Below are positions 38,523-48,884 of a stretch of 64,000 nucleotides of DNA, one piece after another. How positions within the stretch are numbered: the stretch's first letter is position 1; each line of letters begins with the position of its first letter. Below the pieces are notes generated by a model. The model saw only the letters and a program-made list of their open reading frames with translations, ran no database searches and had not been told where the DNA came from. The DNA comes from an uncultured Nitrososphaerota archaeon (GTDB lineage Archaea > Thermoproteota > Methanomethylicia > Culexarchaeales > Culexmicrobiaceae): the NCBI GenBank assembly GCA_964462875.1, contig CAYWZQ010000009.1, positions 3,618-67,617 on the forward strand, given 5' to 3'. The position numbers and the translations under genes are program-made.

Positions 38523-39068
38523 CTACTTCCCCTCACCACTTAAAACTTTTAGAACCATATTAAGATTTTCCACCCACTTATCTTCAGGAAGATTTGGAAA
38601 TGAAAATGTAGCATTTGGATGATAATATCTATCAAGAGTTAGTGTGCGGAGGTGAGTAGCGAAGTTCTTTAGCGTCGATAGTAATTGAGACTCCAGCTGG
38701 TAAGTTATTCCAATGTAAATTATAAGGTCGTGAGGTTGGTTTGATCCGTCAACGCTCCAGCTCGGATCTTGAAGTCTATCAGTTACTTCAATTGAGCCCA
38801 TTACAGCTGCAGGTTGGAAGTTTCTTTCGAGAAATGCCTTTAAAGTATTTGATGTTGCGACAACAGGTGCTTTCATGAGTTTCGCTAGCTCAATTACGTA
38901 GTCTATTAAAGTTTTACCTTCACCAACACTGGTGCGCATAGCTTCTGCTCCGACAACTATTAGTGGCTTCTTAGCTACCTTAATGAGCCTACCGGCAACT
39001 TTCCCATCAATCGGAGTAGCTGTTCGTGGACCGGGAACATTTCCAAACTGCCAAGGTGCTGAAGCCAA
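38523..39068 (-). CDS. cdhB: CODH/ACS epsilon subunit
   Basis: PWQ..PGP, AKKPLIVVG, LSTLKNF, YYHPNA..SFPN. Confidence 0.93.
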   Translation of the reverse strand: MASAPWQFGNVPGPRTATPIDGKVAGRLIKVAKKPLIVVGAEAMRTSVGEGKTLIDYVIELAKLMKAPVVATSNTLKAFLERNFQPAAVMGSIEVTDRLQDPSWSVDGSNQPHDLIIYIGITYQLESQLLSTLKNFATHLRTLTLDRYYHPNATFSFPNLPEDKWVENLNMVLKVLSGEGK

Positions 39069-39084
39069 GATTTCACCTCCAACA

Positions 39085-41445
39085 TCACTTCCTAACTCTA
39101 ATCAACCTTTCAAGCAATGTTGGATCTACTGAGGGCTTCTCCCAAGGCTTCCATCCTACCTTCTTTAAGTAATCGAGTATCTCAAACTTATGCGTTATGG
39201 GTATATCTGCCTCAGTTCTAATGAACAAATGTAAATCAGGTGGTAAAGTCCCGTAGAACTTCCTGTAAAGCTCGACGTAGTGTGTTAGTTTAATCATTCT
39301 ACCCTTAGTTGTATCGTTAGGTCTAATACATAGCTTAGCAGCCATAACCATAGCCTCTTCCTTAGTCTCAGCAACATATACTAAGTGCTCAGGTGTTGGC
39401 CCAATCCAAATCTTCCTACCAGTCCTAGCATCATACGCCTTGAAGCTCTCAATGTCTTCCTTCCTACCTAGATATAATCTCCTATATTTTGCTCCCTGAG
39501 GCCCTAAAATCACTGGAACACCTAACCTATTGAAGCCAGTCGCTATTGCAGCAGCTTTCTGCGACATTGCGCCCCAAGCAATTCCGCAAGCACCAACTCT
39601 ATTCAAAATATAATCAGCTATCTCCTCGTAGTTTGCTCTCAGTTTCCTTCTAGCGAAAATGCTTGCTATCTTAATGCATGCACCCGATATATGCGCATTA
39701 GCTACGCATGAACCAACGTTAACTAGTCCTCCAGCCTCAAAGCCTCCGGAATACTCTTCATAAAGTGTTGTTCCCTCCTCGGTTCTGTACTCAGCAATAC
39801 TCATTGCCGCACATCCGGAGGCCACAACAATATACCTCCGCCTCAAAAATTCTTCAGCCATAATTGCTACATCTCTACCTCCATTTGGATAGTTGGCGCA
39901 CCCAACAAATGCAATAACTCCCGGAATTTCACCCAACACTATTGGTGAACCAACCTCTCTAATTTCAGTGTCAAGTATTGGGCCTCTACCAGCCCTAATC
40001 TTATACTTGGAGGTCTTAATTTTATACTCGGCTGAAGCAGTAATTAGGCTCAATATGGGAATTCCCCTTGGACAAGCACTCTCACATCTCGCACAGCCCA
40101 AGCAAACATCGTGTATTTCAGCTAACTTATCAAGCACACCGCTTTTAGCAGCATATACGGCTTCATCTATTCTCAAGTCTATTGGACAGTTCCTCCTGCA
40201 ACTACCACACTTGACGCACTTAGAAGCTATTTTAATAAGCTCTTCTCTGCTCGGTATTGTTTTAAACTTCTTTCTTAAAGGAGCAACCCTCATGGCAGTT
40301 AGTACGGCTACTGCAGCTGCTTTCTCTAAATCTAGAATTGCAACTCCAGGAACCTTGTAATTGGCAAGCATATCAACTATTTCCTCAACAGGCCTATCAG
40401 TTACATCCTCTAGTCCTCTTAAAGCCTTATTTGAAACAGATATCAGTGGGGCCTTAACTCTCTGAGCTTCATGTAGAATTGACGTGTGAATACATTGCTC
40501 ATCAGTCACTATTACATCTGCAGCCCCAGATCTTATAAACCTCAATTGATAGGATATTGGGCCGACAATCTTAGTTGACTTATTGTACCTCACAATATCA
40601 TGAGCCGTACAGCATAGACCAGCTACCTCAACCACTTCTCCAGGCTCACCTAAACCGCTCTTCTCTAAGAAATCAACTATGTCTATGGCATTGGTTACAT
40701 TATGTCCAATCACCAGGACTAAAGGCTTAGTCACATCCACACAGCCTAATCCTATTTCAACCAGTGGGGCCTCGGGATCTCCCTTTGGGAAGTTGAAAGC
40801 TACAATTTGAGCCATATCAGCGATCTCCATAGCTACATGGTCAAGCATTCCCAGATGTAGAGCTTTGGACTCAAAATCTAGGTAATCGCTTTCCTGACCT
40901 ATGTGCGAAGCTGCAAGTGTTTGAACTATTTGCTCCTCAACATAATTAAGGGCGAAAGCTAAGTCCCCCAAAGTTCTCGGCTTTATTCCCACTACAAGCC
41001 TCGTATGAGGCATCTCCACGTGAATTTCCCCGCCCAAGTCAATGGGATAATCCTCACCATACCTCTCAATTAATGTTTCAACGAGCTCTCTTGCATGACT
41101 CGCATGCGTGGCTGCACCAATAGCACAAGCCAACATCACAATTCTTGCCTGTTGAACATCCAATGTTAAACCACAAGCACCCCTCTTACCAGCAGTTAAA
41201 TCACATTTACCATAAGTGCACAGACAACAGAGATCACAGAATGGCATGTAAAATGGCCTATAACGCTTCAGCAGCTTCATGTCCCATGACCTCAAAGTCT
41301 CAATTCTTGGCATTGGCGTTGGCCCCATTGGCTCCCACTCTTCCTCCATTGCAAGCCTTCCAATTGCAATCTCCACATCTTCTAATGACACAGCTTCAGT
41401 TTTAAGGGATTTAAAGGAAAACTTCAGCGGTCCCTTCTCACCCAT
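39085..41445 (-). CDS. cdhA: CO dehydrogenase, CODH/ACS alpha subunit
   Basis: EPMGPTP, CDLCCLCTYGKC, GHN, GLCCT, DEQC, GCANY, GSCVAN, SQKA, two ferredoxin motifs. Confidence 0.97.
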   Translation of the reverse strand: MGEKGPLKFSFKSLKTEAVSLEDVEIAIGRLAMEEEWEPMGPTPMPRIETLRSWDMKLLKRYRPFYMPFCDLCCLCTYGKCDLTAGKRGACGLTLDVQQARIVMLACAIGAATHASHARELVETLIERYGEDYPIDLGGEIHVEMPHTRLVVGIKPRTLGDLAFALNYVEEQIVQTLAASHIGQESDYLDFESKALHLGMLDHVAMEIADMAQIVAFNFPKGDPEAPLVEIGLGCVDVTKPLVLVIGHNVTNAIDIVDFLEKSGLGEPGEVVEVAGLCCTAHDIVRYNKSTKIVGPISYQLRFIRSGAADVIVTDEQCIHTSILHEAQRVKAPLISVSNKALRGLEDVTDRPVEEIVDMLANYKVPGVAILDLEKAAAVAVLTAMRVAPLRKKFKTIPSREELIKIASKCVKCGSCRRNCPIDLRIDEAVYAAKSGVLDKLAEIHDVCLGCARCESACPRGIPILSLITASAEYKIKTSKYKIRAGRGPILDTEIREVGSPIVLGEIPGVIAFVGCANYPNGGRDVAIMAEEFLRRRYIVVASGCAAMSIAEYRTEEGTTLYEEYSGGFEAGGLVNVGSCVANAHISGACIKIASIFARRKLRANYEEIADYILNRVGACGIAWGAMSQKAAAIATGFNRLGVPVILGPQGAKYRRLYLGRKEDIESFKAYDARTGRKIWIGPTPEHLVYVAETKEEAMVMAAKLCIRPNDTTKGRMIKLTHYVELYRKFYGTLPPDLHLFIRTEADIPITHKFEILDYLKKVGWKPWEKPSVDPTLLERLIRVRK

Positions 41446-41551
41446 GCTCTCACCAGATTATATTTTCAGCTATAATGTGTTTGAAGTGGATTTAAGAGTT
41501 ATTCTAAGATTATTAATGAATTGACCCTAACTATGAAAGGCTTCTGATCAA

Positions 41552-42355
41552 TTAGACATTCATTTTAGGAAGCAGCCTCTCAATAATTTTGCGCGTAGCT
41601 TTGACTGCTATAGAGTTATCTGGAAGCTCTATTATGGGCAGGCCCTTTAGATCGTAATCGATTACCATTGGGTCCTCAGGTATTGAACCTATTACTTTGA
41701 AATTCCTCTTAATAAGCTCTTCAATTACTCTAGGGGCTAATACTCTTGTAATCTTATTGATCACGACGTAGATCTCTCTAACTCCGATTTCAAGTTTAAG
41801 TGCCAAATCTCTAATTCGCTCAGCAGTAACTATGCTACGAATACTAGGATCAACCACTATTAGCATGAAATCGACATTTCTAGTAGTTCTCCTACTCAAA
41901 TGCTCCAATCCAGCCTCACAGTCAATTATTACGAAGTCATAGCTTCTTGCCAGTCTATCAAGAACATGCCTCAATAGATGATTTACATAGCAATAGCAGC
42001 CAGGCCCCTCAGGTCTACCCATAGCTATGAAATCAAATTTATCAGCTTCAACTAATACATCCTCATAAAGTGCAGACTCAAAAAGCAAGTCTTTGCCACC
42101 GCCAGATGTATAATTGAGAAACTCCTCTCTCAAATCACCTAAAGTTTTTTTAAATTCTATGCCAAGAGCCCTGTTCAGATTAGTATTGGAATCAGCATCC
42201 ACAACTAAAAAAGACTTATCACCAAAAATTTCCATTAAATGCCTTAAAATTAATGTAGCCACAAGAGTTTTCCCAGTACCACCCTTACCAGTTACCGTAA
42301 TAGTGACCGTCAAACTTACACCACCAACAAAGTAGTTTGCAACTACTATAAGCAT
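41552..42355 (-). CDS. cooC: CooC/AcsF nickel-insertion ATPase, second copy
   Basis: GKGGTGKT, DAD, MGRPEGPGCYC, DCEAGLEHLSRRT. Confidence 0.92.
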   Translation of the reverse strand: MLIVVANYFVGGVSLTVTITVTGKGGTGKTLVATLILRHLMEIFGDKSFLVVDADSNTNLNRALGIEFKKTLGDLREEFLNYTSGGGKDLLFESALYEDVLVEADKFDFIAMGRPEGPGCYCYVNHLLRHVLDRLARSYDFVIIDCEAGLEHLSRRTTRNVDFMLIVVDPSIRSIVTAERIRDLALKLEIGVREIYVVINKITRVLAPRVIEELIKRNFKVIGSIPEDPMVIDYDLKGLPIIELPDNSIAVKATRKIIERLLPKMNV

Positions 42356-42370
42356 TACTTCTTAATTGAT

Positions 42371-43399
42371 TTAGGCCTCAACTGGAACAATAAAATCTTC
42401 AGGATGACCTCCTACAACAAGCCTATAATAAACCGTTCCATCACCCATCAAAACTTGCTCAACCTTCCCCTCAGCAACAATGGTATCACCCTTAAAAGCG
42501 CACTCGCAAAAACGTCCCCTAAATGAAAACACTTCACTTATCGGGACATTAGCCCCAGAAATCACTGAAACATCATCAACAGAGTAACTGCAAGGAGTAA
42601 ATATTGCATTAGAATCATCAATTACCACTGCTTTTATTCTAGCCCTACCAATAGACATATAAATCCTATCACCATATCTCTCATTAACTTCACATGGCTC
42701 CTTAACCAGTCTAATAAAGTAATCTCTACCACTAAACTTACCCTGCAACACCTTTCTTGCTTCAACTACCATAAAAGTTCTTAGCGGCATATAAGTGTCC
42801 TTAACCCTGAACTTATAAAGTCCAATTAAATCCCTCGTGGTATATCTAGCAATGGAATTGGCGTGAAAAACACCACTTCTAAGTGCGTGATATAAGTTCC
42901 AGCCAGACTTGTATCCATAAACTATGAGATCTAAATCAGAATGCTTACCATGAAGTCCAACAAGTATTGAACCGGACACTCCAATACTGCTTAATGGGAC
43001 ACCTGATAGATCATGTAACTCTTCAGCAAATGTAACTGCAGACTTCTCAATTTCATCTAGTAAATACCTCCCAGAAACCATTTCATTTAACCGTTCTCTT
43101 GGCTTGTAAACCTTCTTTATTAGCTCTGTGGGAACAGACTGCATTTCAACATTAAATACAGCATCATAATGAAGATACTGAGGGTAGAAGTTTTTAAGAA
43201 ATAGATATCTTTCAGTGAGCGAGTAAAGCTTGACATATTTAACATTACCTCTAACTCTATTCCCCCTTGGTGATGGAACGTATCTCACGAAAGCGACCAC
43301 CCTATTTGGTGGATGAGTTAATCCCTTAACATCAAATATTAGGGATTCTATGGTTTCTATGAAATCTCCCTCTATGATGTTCACACCTCTCACCAGCAC
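42371..43399 (-). CDS. Pol-beta-superfamily nucleotidyltransferase (COG1665-like), copy 1
   Basis: GVSGSILVG..SDLDLIVYG; N-terminal DFIET..HP..RYVP; C-terminal OB-like domain. Confidence 0.72.
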   Translation of the reverse strand: MLVRGVNIIEGDFIETIESLIFDVKGLTHPPNRVVAFVRYVPSPRGNRVRGNVKYVKLYSLTERYLFLKNFYPQYLHYDAVFNVEMQSVPTELIKKVYKPRERLNEMVSGRYLLDEIEKSAVTFAEELHDLSGVPLSSIGVSGSILVGLHGKHSDLDLIVYGYKSGWNLYHALRSGVFHANSIARYTTRDLIGLYKFRVKDTYMPLRTFMVVEARKVLQGKFSGRDYFIRLVKEPCEVNERYGDRIYMSIGRARIKAVVIDDSNAIFTPCSYSVDDVSVISGANVPISEVFSFRGRFCECAFKGDTIVAEGKVEQVLMGDGTVYYRLVVGGHPEDFIVPVEA

Positions 43400-43522
43400 G
43401 AATCAGTTACTAGGATAACTGGCAGTAGGAAGTATTAATTCGTAACGCTTAAATTGAATTTACAATTTTACATTTCTGTGTAGATAAGTACAGTTAATAG
43501 TATTAGATAGGAGGAAAAAGCA

Positions 43523-44281
43523 TTGAAAGTATCAGCAAAAACGATTTCTCTAATTGCAGTATTTGCAGGACTCTACTACGTGTTATCAACAATACCCGGC
43601 CCACCCATTGTGGGGGGCACTGGCAGCGTTAAAGTAATTCTTGCAGGCTTAGCAACAGTATATGGCTTACTCTTTGGACCAATACTTGGAGCCATCACAG
43701 CATTTCTAGGCGCAATACTTGCATGGTGGCTTCCACCAGGTGTACCGGAAATCTTCGGGTTATTAATGACAATGTGCCCATTAATGGGTGCAATTGTAGC
43801 TGGAGGGCTATCAACCACCAGGTTCAGGGGGAAGGGCTGGATTATATCGTTAATAGTAATGACAGTACTTATCCTTGGATGGTACTTAACATGGGTTGGT
43901 TCAAGAGCTCCACTATACCCCATAATGCACATTGTAGCGCTCATACTAATAGTAGCATTGAGGGAAAAGATATCCGACCTCATTTGGAGCACTAATAAAA
44001 TGAAAATGACATTAGGAACTATTATTGCTAGCTATGCTGGAGCAATGGCAGATCACATGACTGGGAATTTAATATTCATTAATTCCCTTGGAATAATAAT
44101 ACCTTGGAGTGCAATTGAAAAATGGCTTGAAAAAATGGGCTTACCAGATGTACCAGCACTATTCATGTACATGCTACCAATATCGGCTATTGAAAGAGCA
44201 TTAATGATCTTAGCTGCAGTCATTATTGGAACAGCACTAATTGCTACACTGCCTAGAACAGGGTTAATAGAGAAACCCTAG
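43523..44281 (+). CDS. ECF S-component-like membrane protein
   Basis: ISLIAVFAGL first helix, GLLFGPILGA..FLG, ERAL C-terminal helix; about 7 TM segments. Confidence 0.62.
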   Translation: MKVSAKTISLIAVFAGLYYVLSTIPGPPIVGGTGSVKVILAGLATVYGLLFGPILGAITAFLGAILAWWLPPGVPEIFGLLMTMCPLMGAIVAGGLSTTRFRGKGWIISLIVMTVLILGWYLTWVGSRAPLYPIMHIVALILIVALREKISDLIWSTNKMKMTLGTIIASYAGAMADHMTGNLIFINSLGIIIPWSAIEKWLEKMGLPDVPALFMYMLPISAIERALMILAAVIIGTALIATLPRTGLIEKP

Positions 44282-44373
44282 ACAAAACACCACAATTCAT
44301 CATTTTTCATGTTAAATTTAATATTAAAAATTGAAATTAAAATTGATTAGTAGAGGAGAAGAGCAGTGGAAGA

Positions 44374-45819
44374 ATGATCGAGGAAACACGTGTATGGCCA
44401 TGGATCATTCCATTACCAATTGAAGGCGAAAAGCACTATAAGGTGCTACTATCAGTGTTTAAGTCTAAGGCGACACTGGACATTTTAAAGAACATTAAGT
44501 TAAATGGAAAAACCTATCAGTCAGACTTAATTAGAAAGCTTCCATACTCAAATAAAACAGTCATCTGCAAATTGAGGGAGCTAGTTAGAAGTAAGATATT
44601 GGAGCAAGGAGTTGAAAGAAAGATTATTAGAGGAAGAAGCGTTCGCGTGAATTGGTTTAAACCGACACCTCTTGGAAGATGGCTAATAACATTTCTAACT
44701 CCGCCGAGCGAAATGAAGCCTGAAAATATTGAGAAAACCTTAAGCCAATTATTCAAATTATACATCAAAAGTATAACTAGGCTATGTGCAAATTATGGAT
44801 TTGACATATCCGAGTACCATCAAGAACTAGAGGAAGAGTACATAAAGGAACTTATTCAAATAGCTGCTAGAAGACGAGGAAAAGAAGAAATTGATGCTAC
44901 GGTTGTCGGCTCAATTTCACTAGATATTACCGTTTCATTCCACGAAATGCCGAAAACGGATGCAGCTGCAATAGCAAAAATAGTAAAAGTAGCTTCAGGA
45001 GGATCCGCCGCTAATGTGGCAATTGCATTAACTAGACTTGGACTCAAGACATCCTTTATGGGTAAAGTTGGAACTGATGAAGCAAGTAGAATAGCATTAA
45101 CTGAACTAGCAAGTGAAGGCGTCGATATATCGCCAGTAAAAGTTGTTAGAGGAGCAACTTTACCAAAATCAATAGTTTTCATTGAAAAGAGTACTAAGAG
45201 AATATTAACAATAACCGATGAGAAAGCACTATCACTAAGTTCACCGGAAGAAGTAGATTGGGAAGCCATAGACTTAAGTAAAATCATTTACATAGGCGAG
45301 ACATATACCGAAATAGCCTCCATAATAGCATCTTATGCTAAGGCTAAAGGTAAAATTGTGATCTACAGACTATTAACTCCATACGCAAAAATGGGGCTAA
45401 GTAAACTTAAGGGCGTACTCGCAAATTCAAATTACGTAATAATGAACGAAGTTAGCTGGAAGATTTTGAGAGAAACATCAAAAAACATAGTGACACCCCA
45501 CAGCTTAATACTTAATTATGGCGTAGATGGATTGATAATTACTAGAGGAGGAAAAGGAGTCACAGGGTATACTGGTAGAGGAAAACTTTCACTTCCAGCG
45601 ATAAAAATTGGAGATGTAGTGGACACAACTGGAGCAGGCGATGCATTCTCAGCTGCATTTATTTGGGCGTTAATTGGAGGCTCAAGCTTTGAAAAAGCAG
45701 TTAAGATAGCGAATATAGCTGCAGCAATGTCCACAACAAAGCTTGGAGCTAAGGATAGCATGCCAACAATTAATGAGCTTAGAAAGCTACTTGCCTCAAG
45801 ACCTTCCCTTCAGGTATAA
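44374..45819 (+). CDS. Winged-HTH + PfkB/ribokinase fusion
   Basis: N-terminal wHTH (YQSDLIRKLPYSNKTVICKLREL..TPLG), PfkB signatures GGSAANVA and DTTGAGDAF. Confidence 0.82.
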   Translation: MIEETRVWPWIIPLPIEGEKHYKVLLSVFKSKATLDILKNIKLNGKTYQSDLIRKLPYSNKTVICKLRELVRSKILEQGVERKIIRGRSVRVNWFKPTPLGRWLITFLTPPSEMKPENIEKTLSQLFKLYIKSITRLCANYGFDISEYHQELEEEYIKELIQIAARRRGKEEIDATVVGSISLDITVSFHEMPKTDAAAIAKIVKVASGGSAANVAIALTRLGLKTSFMGKVGTDEASRIALTELASEGVDISPVKVVRGATLPKSIVFIEKSTKRILTITDEKALSLSSPEEVDWEAIDLSKIIYIGETYTEIASIIASYAKAKGKIVIYRLLTPYAKMGLSKLKGVLANSNYVIMNEVSWKILRETSKNIVTPHSLILNYGVDGLIITRGGKGVTGYTGRGKLSLPAIKIGDVVDTTGAGDAFSAAFIWALIGGSSFEKAVKIANIAAAMSTTKLGAKDSMPTINELRKLLASRPSLQV

Positions 45820-46954
45820 GAAGCGAAAGACATGCTGCGAGAAGAAATAGGCATGAAATCGAAAGCATGTAAAGCCCATAGCCATAATTATCAATTAGAA
45901 AGCCGCCGAGAAAGGCACCGATAGAAGCACCAATAAAACCCGTAGCATTACCAATACCAAGCGAAAGACCCTTAACCTCCTCCGGCGAACATTCAACAGT
46001 ATAAGCAATTATTGGGGCCGCACCAGTTGCACTCATTAAACCAAAGAGAAAAATGGAGAAAGCCAATAGCTCAGATGGAGCATAATGTAGCATCAATGTC
46101 GAGACCGAAGCTAGAATCATAGATACTATTAGAGCACTTTTATATCCCAGCTTATCCGTAAGAAAGCCTCCCAAGAGATGCCCGAAAAATCCCATAAGAG
46201 AAGAAGCAGAAGCCATAAAGGCAGCATGCATCACAGAAAGATGCTTAACTTCAACCAAGTATAATGAGAGAAACGTTGCCAGACTCATAGAAGACATCAA
46301 TGAAATTGCCGGAATGATATAGGCCAGTATTAAGGGTCTATGAAAACACCTTAGCACAGATAATCCTTTAATCGAAGACCGCTTTAATCTCTGCGGCTCA
46401 ATTGCAGAGAAAAGAAAGGCAAGCGAAACCAAAATGCCCGGTACAGACAAGGCAGTAAATGAGCTCCTCCAGCCATAGTGTGCAGCTAAATAGACTGCAA
46501 TAACAGGCGCTATAGCGGAGCCAAACCTGGAACCTGACATGAAAAAGCCTACGGCTCTTCCTCTACTTTCCACCTCATAAGCATCGCTCAGCATTGAAAT
46601 CATGGGTGCATAATAGAATCCAGCAGCAAAACCGAAAAGCAGTCTCACGATAAGAAGCTGAACGTATGAAGCAACCATTCCACAAAGAAGCGTTGTAATA
46701 GACGATAACAATATGCATAGAAAAACTATCAGCTTTCTACTGAAAATATCGCTTAACAAGCCAGCTGGCACTTGCATTAGCGCATACGATATAAAGAAGG
46801 CCGACATGAGCATTCCAGCTTCAAAGCTACGTATACCCAAATCAGCAACCATGATCGGTAGTAGTGGAGGAAGCATCATTCTATAAACATAGTTTAGAGA
46901 CCAGCCGGAGAAGCCGAGCAGCAGAAGCTTGATGCGACCCCTCATATAAAACAC
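45779..46954 (-). CDS. MFS transporter
   Basis: GLLSDIFSRK and GGFLTDKLG motif A, RGRAVG; about 12 TM segments. Confidence 0.88.
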   Translation of the reverse strand: MFYMRGRIKLLLLGFSGWSLNYVYRMMLPPLLPIMVADLGIRSFEAGMLMSAFFISYALMQVPAGLLSDIFSRKLIVFLCILLSSITTLLCGMVASYVQLLIVRLLFGFAAGFYYAPMISMLSDAYEVESRGRAVGFFMSGSRFGSAIAPVIAVYLAAHYGWRSSFTALSVPGILVSLAFLFSAIEPQRLKRSSIKGLSVLRCFHRPLILAYIIPAISLMSSMSLATFLSLYLVEVKHLSVMHAAFMASASSLMGFFGHLLGGFLTDKLGYKSALIVSMILASVSTLMLHYAPSELLAFSIFLFGLMSATGAAPIIAYTVECSPEEVKGLSLGIGNATGFIGASIGAFLGGFLIDNYGYGLYMLSISCLFLLAACLSLLIPEGKVLRQVAF

Positions 46955-46987
46955 ATAAAAAGGGTATTTGACAATTAACTGCGAAAG

Positions 46988-47902
46988 CTATTGACTTGAT
47001 GCCAGTTCAATGGCCTCCTTAGTGTACAACTTATACTTTCCAAGCCTGCCACCATAGTTAGCGGCAGTTATTTTCCTGACACCCTTAATCTTGGCAGCTG
47101 CAAGTATAGCCACACCCATTGCTCTAAGAACCCTCTTGACATCAAGGCCATTGATAACTATCTCGTAAACGCAATTAACATCTGGTGGAACTTTAGTGTC
47201 TGGAACCTTGTCCTTAATTGTTGGGCAGAAGAAGTGATTCGTCGTAGCAATCAGCTTTGGATACTTTAGGGAACCAACTTTCGAACCCGACCTAACAATT
47301 CCACCAGGGAAAGGTAAAATAACACCCTTAACCTGCTCACGAACCGCTTTAACAGCGGCCTCCGCAGCTTTTAACCCAGCCTCTAAGTCCTCAGCAAGAA
47401 TAAGCAAATTGCCTCCAGCTACAGCCTTAACAACACCAACTTTATCCTCTATTAAAAAGTCTCCCTCCATAACAGGGATTCTATACATAACTTTACCATA
47501 CAGCTCTTCTCTCGTTTCAAAGCCGTCTCCAAACTTGGATAATGGTGCACCAACATAGATAAACCGTTTTGCTCTCGGCAATCCATTAAATACTGCTGTC
47601 GTGGGACATGTGAGAACACATTGTCCTATCCTACTCAGCACTTGCATTTTGAGCTCCGGTATCGACCTATGGTAAATTTGTATGAGAGCACCCGGCCTTC
47701 CATCAGGAGTTTCTTCTAGCGGCACCAAGCCCTCCACGCCTGCCTCTGCTGGTGCCGCAATTATGGAAGTTGCAAAGCCAGTTGCCACTTGAGCTGCAGT
47801 CAAAGCCCACTTCTCGTTTATAGCTGTTATGAGAATTCTAGTAGCATACATTGGAAAGGCTTCAGCAAATGTTTCCTCGATTTCAACGCCATTAATTTTC
47901 AT
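46988..47902 (-). CDS. ftr: Formylmethanofuran:H4MPT formyltransferase
   Basis: MKINGVEIEETFAEAF, ETPDGRPG, RIGQCVLTCPTT, GIVRSGSKVGS, NYGGRLG. Confidence 0.96.
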   Translation of the reverse strand: MKINGVEIEETFAEAFPMYATRILITAINEKWALTAAQVATGFATSIIAAPAEAGVEGLVPLEETPDGRPGALIQIYHRSIPELKMQVLSRIGQCVLTCPTTAVFNGLPRAKRFIYVGAPLSKFGDGFETREELYGKVMYRIPVMEGDFLIEDKVGVVKAVAGGNLLILAEDLEAGLKAAEAAVKAVREQVKGVILPFPGGIVRSGSKVGSLKYPKLIATTNHFFCPTIKDKVPDTKVPPDVNCVYEIVINGLDVKRVLRAMGVAILAAAKIKGVRKITAANYGGRLGKYKLYTKEAIELASSQ

Positions 47903-48027
47903 AAACTACACCTCCTCAGAGCGATTATTACTCGAAAAATCTACCTATTTATATGCTACACCCACTCAAGCTTCTCTTAAAGCTTAAATCAATAACTCAT
48001 TATAGACTTTAGCGCGGGTGATTTATT

Positions 48028-48867
48028 GTGAGTGAAAGGGTTGTAAAGATTAGCATTATCAAAGTCGGGTGCATTGGCTGCAGTCCACTACTAGATTACA
48101 TGCTTGATGAAAGAGCTGACAGAACGGACATAGATGTGCGGGTTTTTGGTTCCGGATCTAAGCTCGATGAAGCAAGAGCTGAAGATGTTGCCAAAAGAGC
48201 TCTAGAATTCAATCCAGATCTAGTGATTATATCGACTCCAAATGCAGCATTACCAGGACCAGCCAAGGCAAGAAACATTGTAGCTGAAAAGGGAATTCCA
48301 TGCATTATAGTGACAGATGCACCTTCAAAGAAGATCGCTAAGGAACTAAAGGAAAAGGGATTTGGCTACATAATAGTTGAAGCAGATTCAATGCTAGGTG
48401 CTAGAAGGGAGTTTCTGGATCCAATTGAAATGACGATCTACAATGCGGACCTAATTAAAGTTCTTTCAGTCACCGGTGCATTTCGAGTAGTCATTGAAGC
48501 CATAGACAAGGTCATTGAAGCCATTAAGAAAGGTGAAAAACCAGAACTCCCTGCAATCACTGTTAATAGGGACACTGCAATCAAAGCAGCTGAATTTAAT
48601 AATCCATATGCTAAAGCCAAGGCCATGGCCGCATGGGAAATGAGCAAACGAGTAGCCGATTTAACTACAAAGGCCTGCTTTGTAGTTAAAGAATGGGAAG
48701 TATATACATCCCTATGCGCAGCAGCTCATGAACTAATGAGAGAAGCCGCGAAATTAGCTGATGAAGCCAGAGAAATTGAAAAATATGGTGATTACCTCGT
48801 CAGAAAACCACATAGCAAATCCGGAGCCATACTGAGAAAAGCAAAGTTAATTGAAAAGCCAAAATAG
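48028..48867 (+). CDS. mtd: F420-dependent methylene-H4MPT dehydrogenase
   Basis: LDERADR, GSGSKL, PNAALPGP, GARREFLDPIEM, NPYAKAKA, AAHE. Confidence 0.95.
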   Translation: MSERVVKISIIKVGCIGCSPLLDYMLDERADRTDIDVRVFGSGSKLDEARAEDVAKRALEFNPDLVIISTPNAALPGPAKARNIVAEKGIPCIIVTDAPSKKIAKELKEKGFGYIIVEADSMLGARREFLDPIEMTIYNADLIKVLSVTGAFRVVIEAIDKVIEAIKKGEKPELPAITVNRDTAIKAAEFNNPYAKAKAMAAWEMSKRVADLTTKACFVVKEWEVYTSLCAAAHELMREAAKLADEAREIEKYGDYLVRKPHSKSGAILRKAKLIEKPK

Positions 48868-48884
48868 GAGGTGTATAGCTAATC

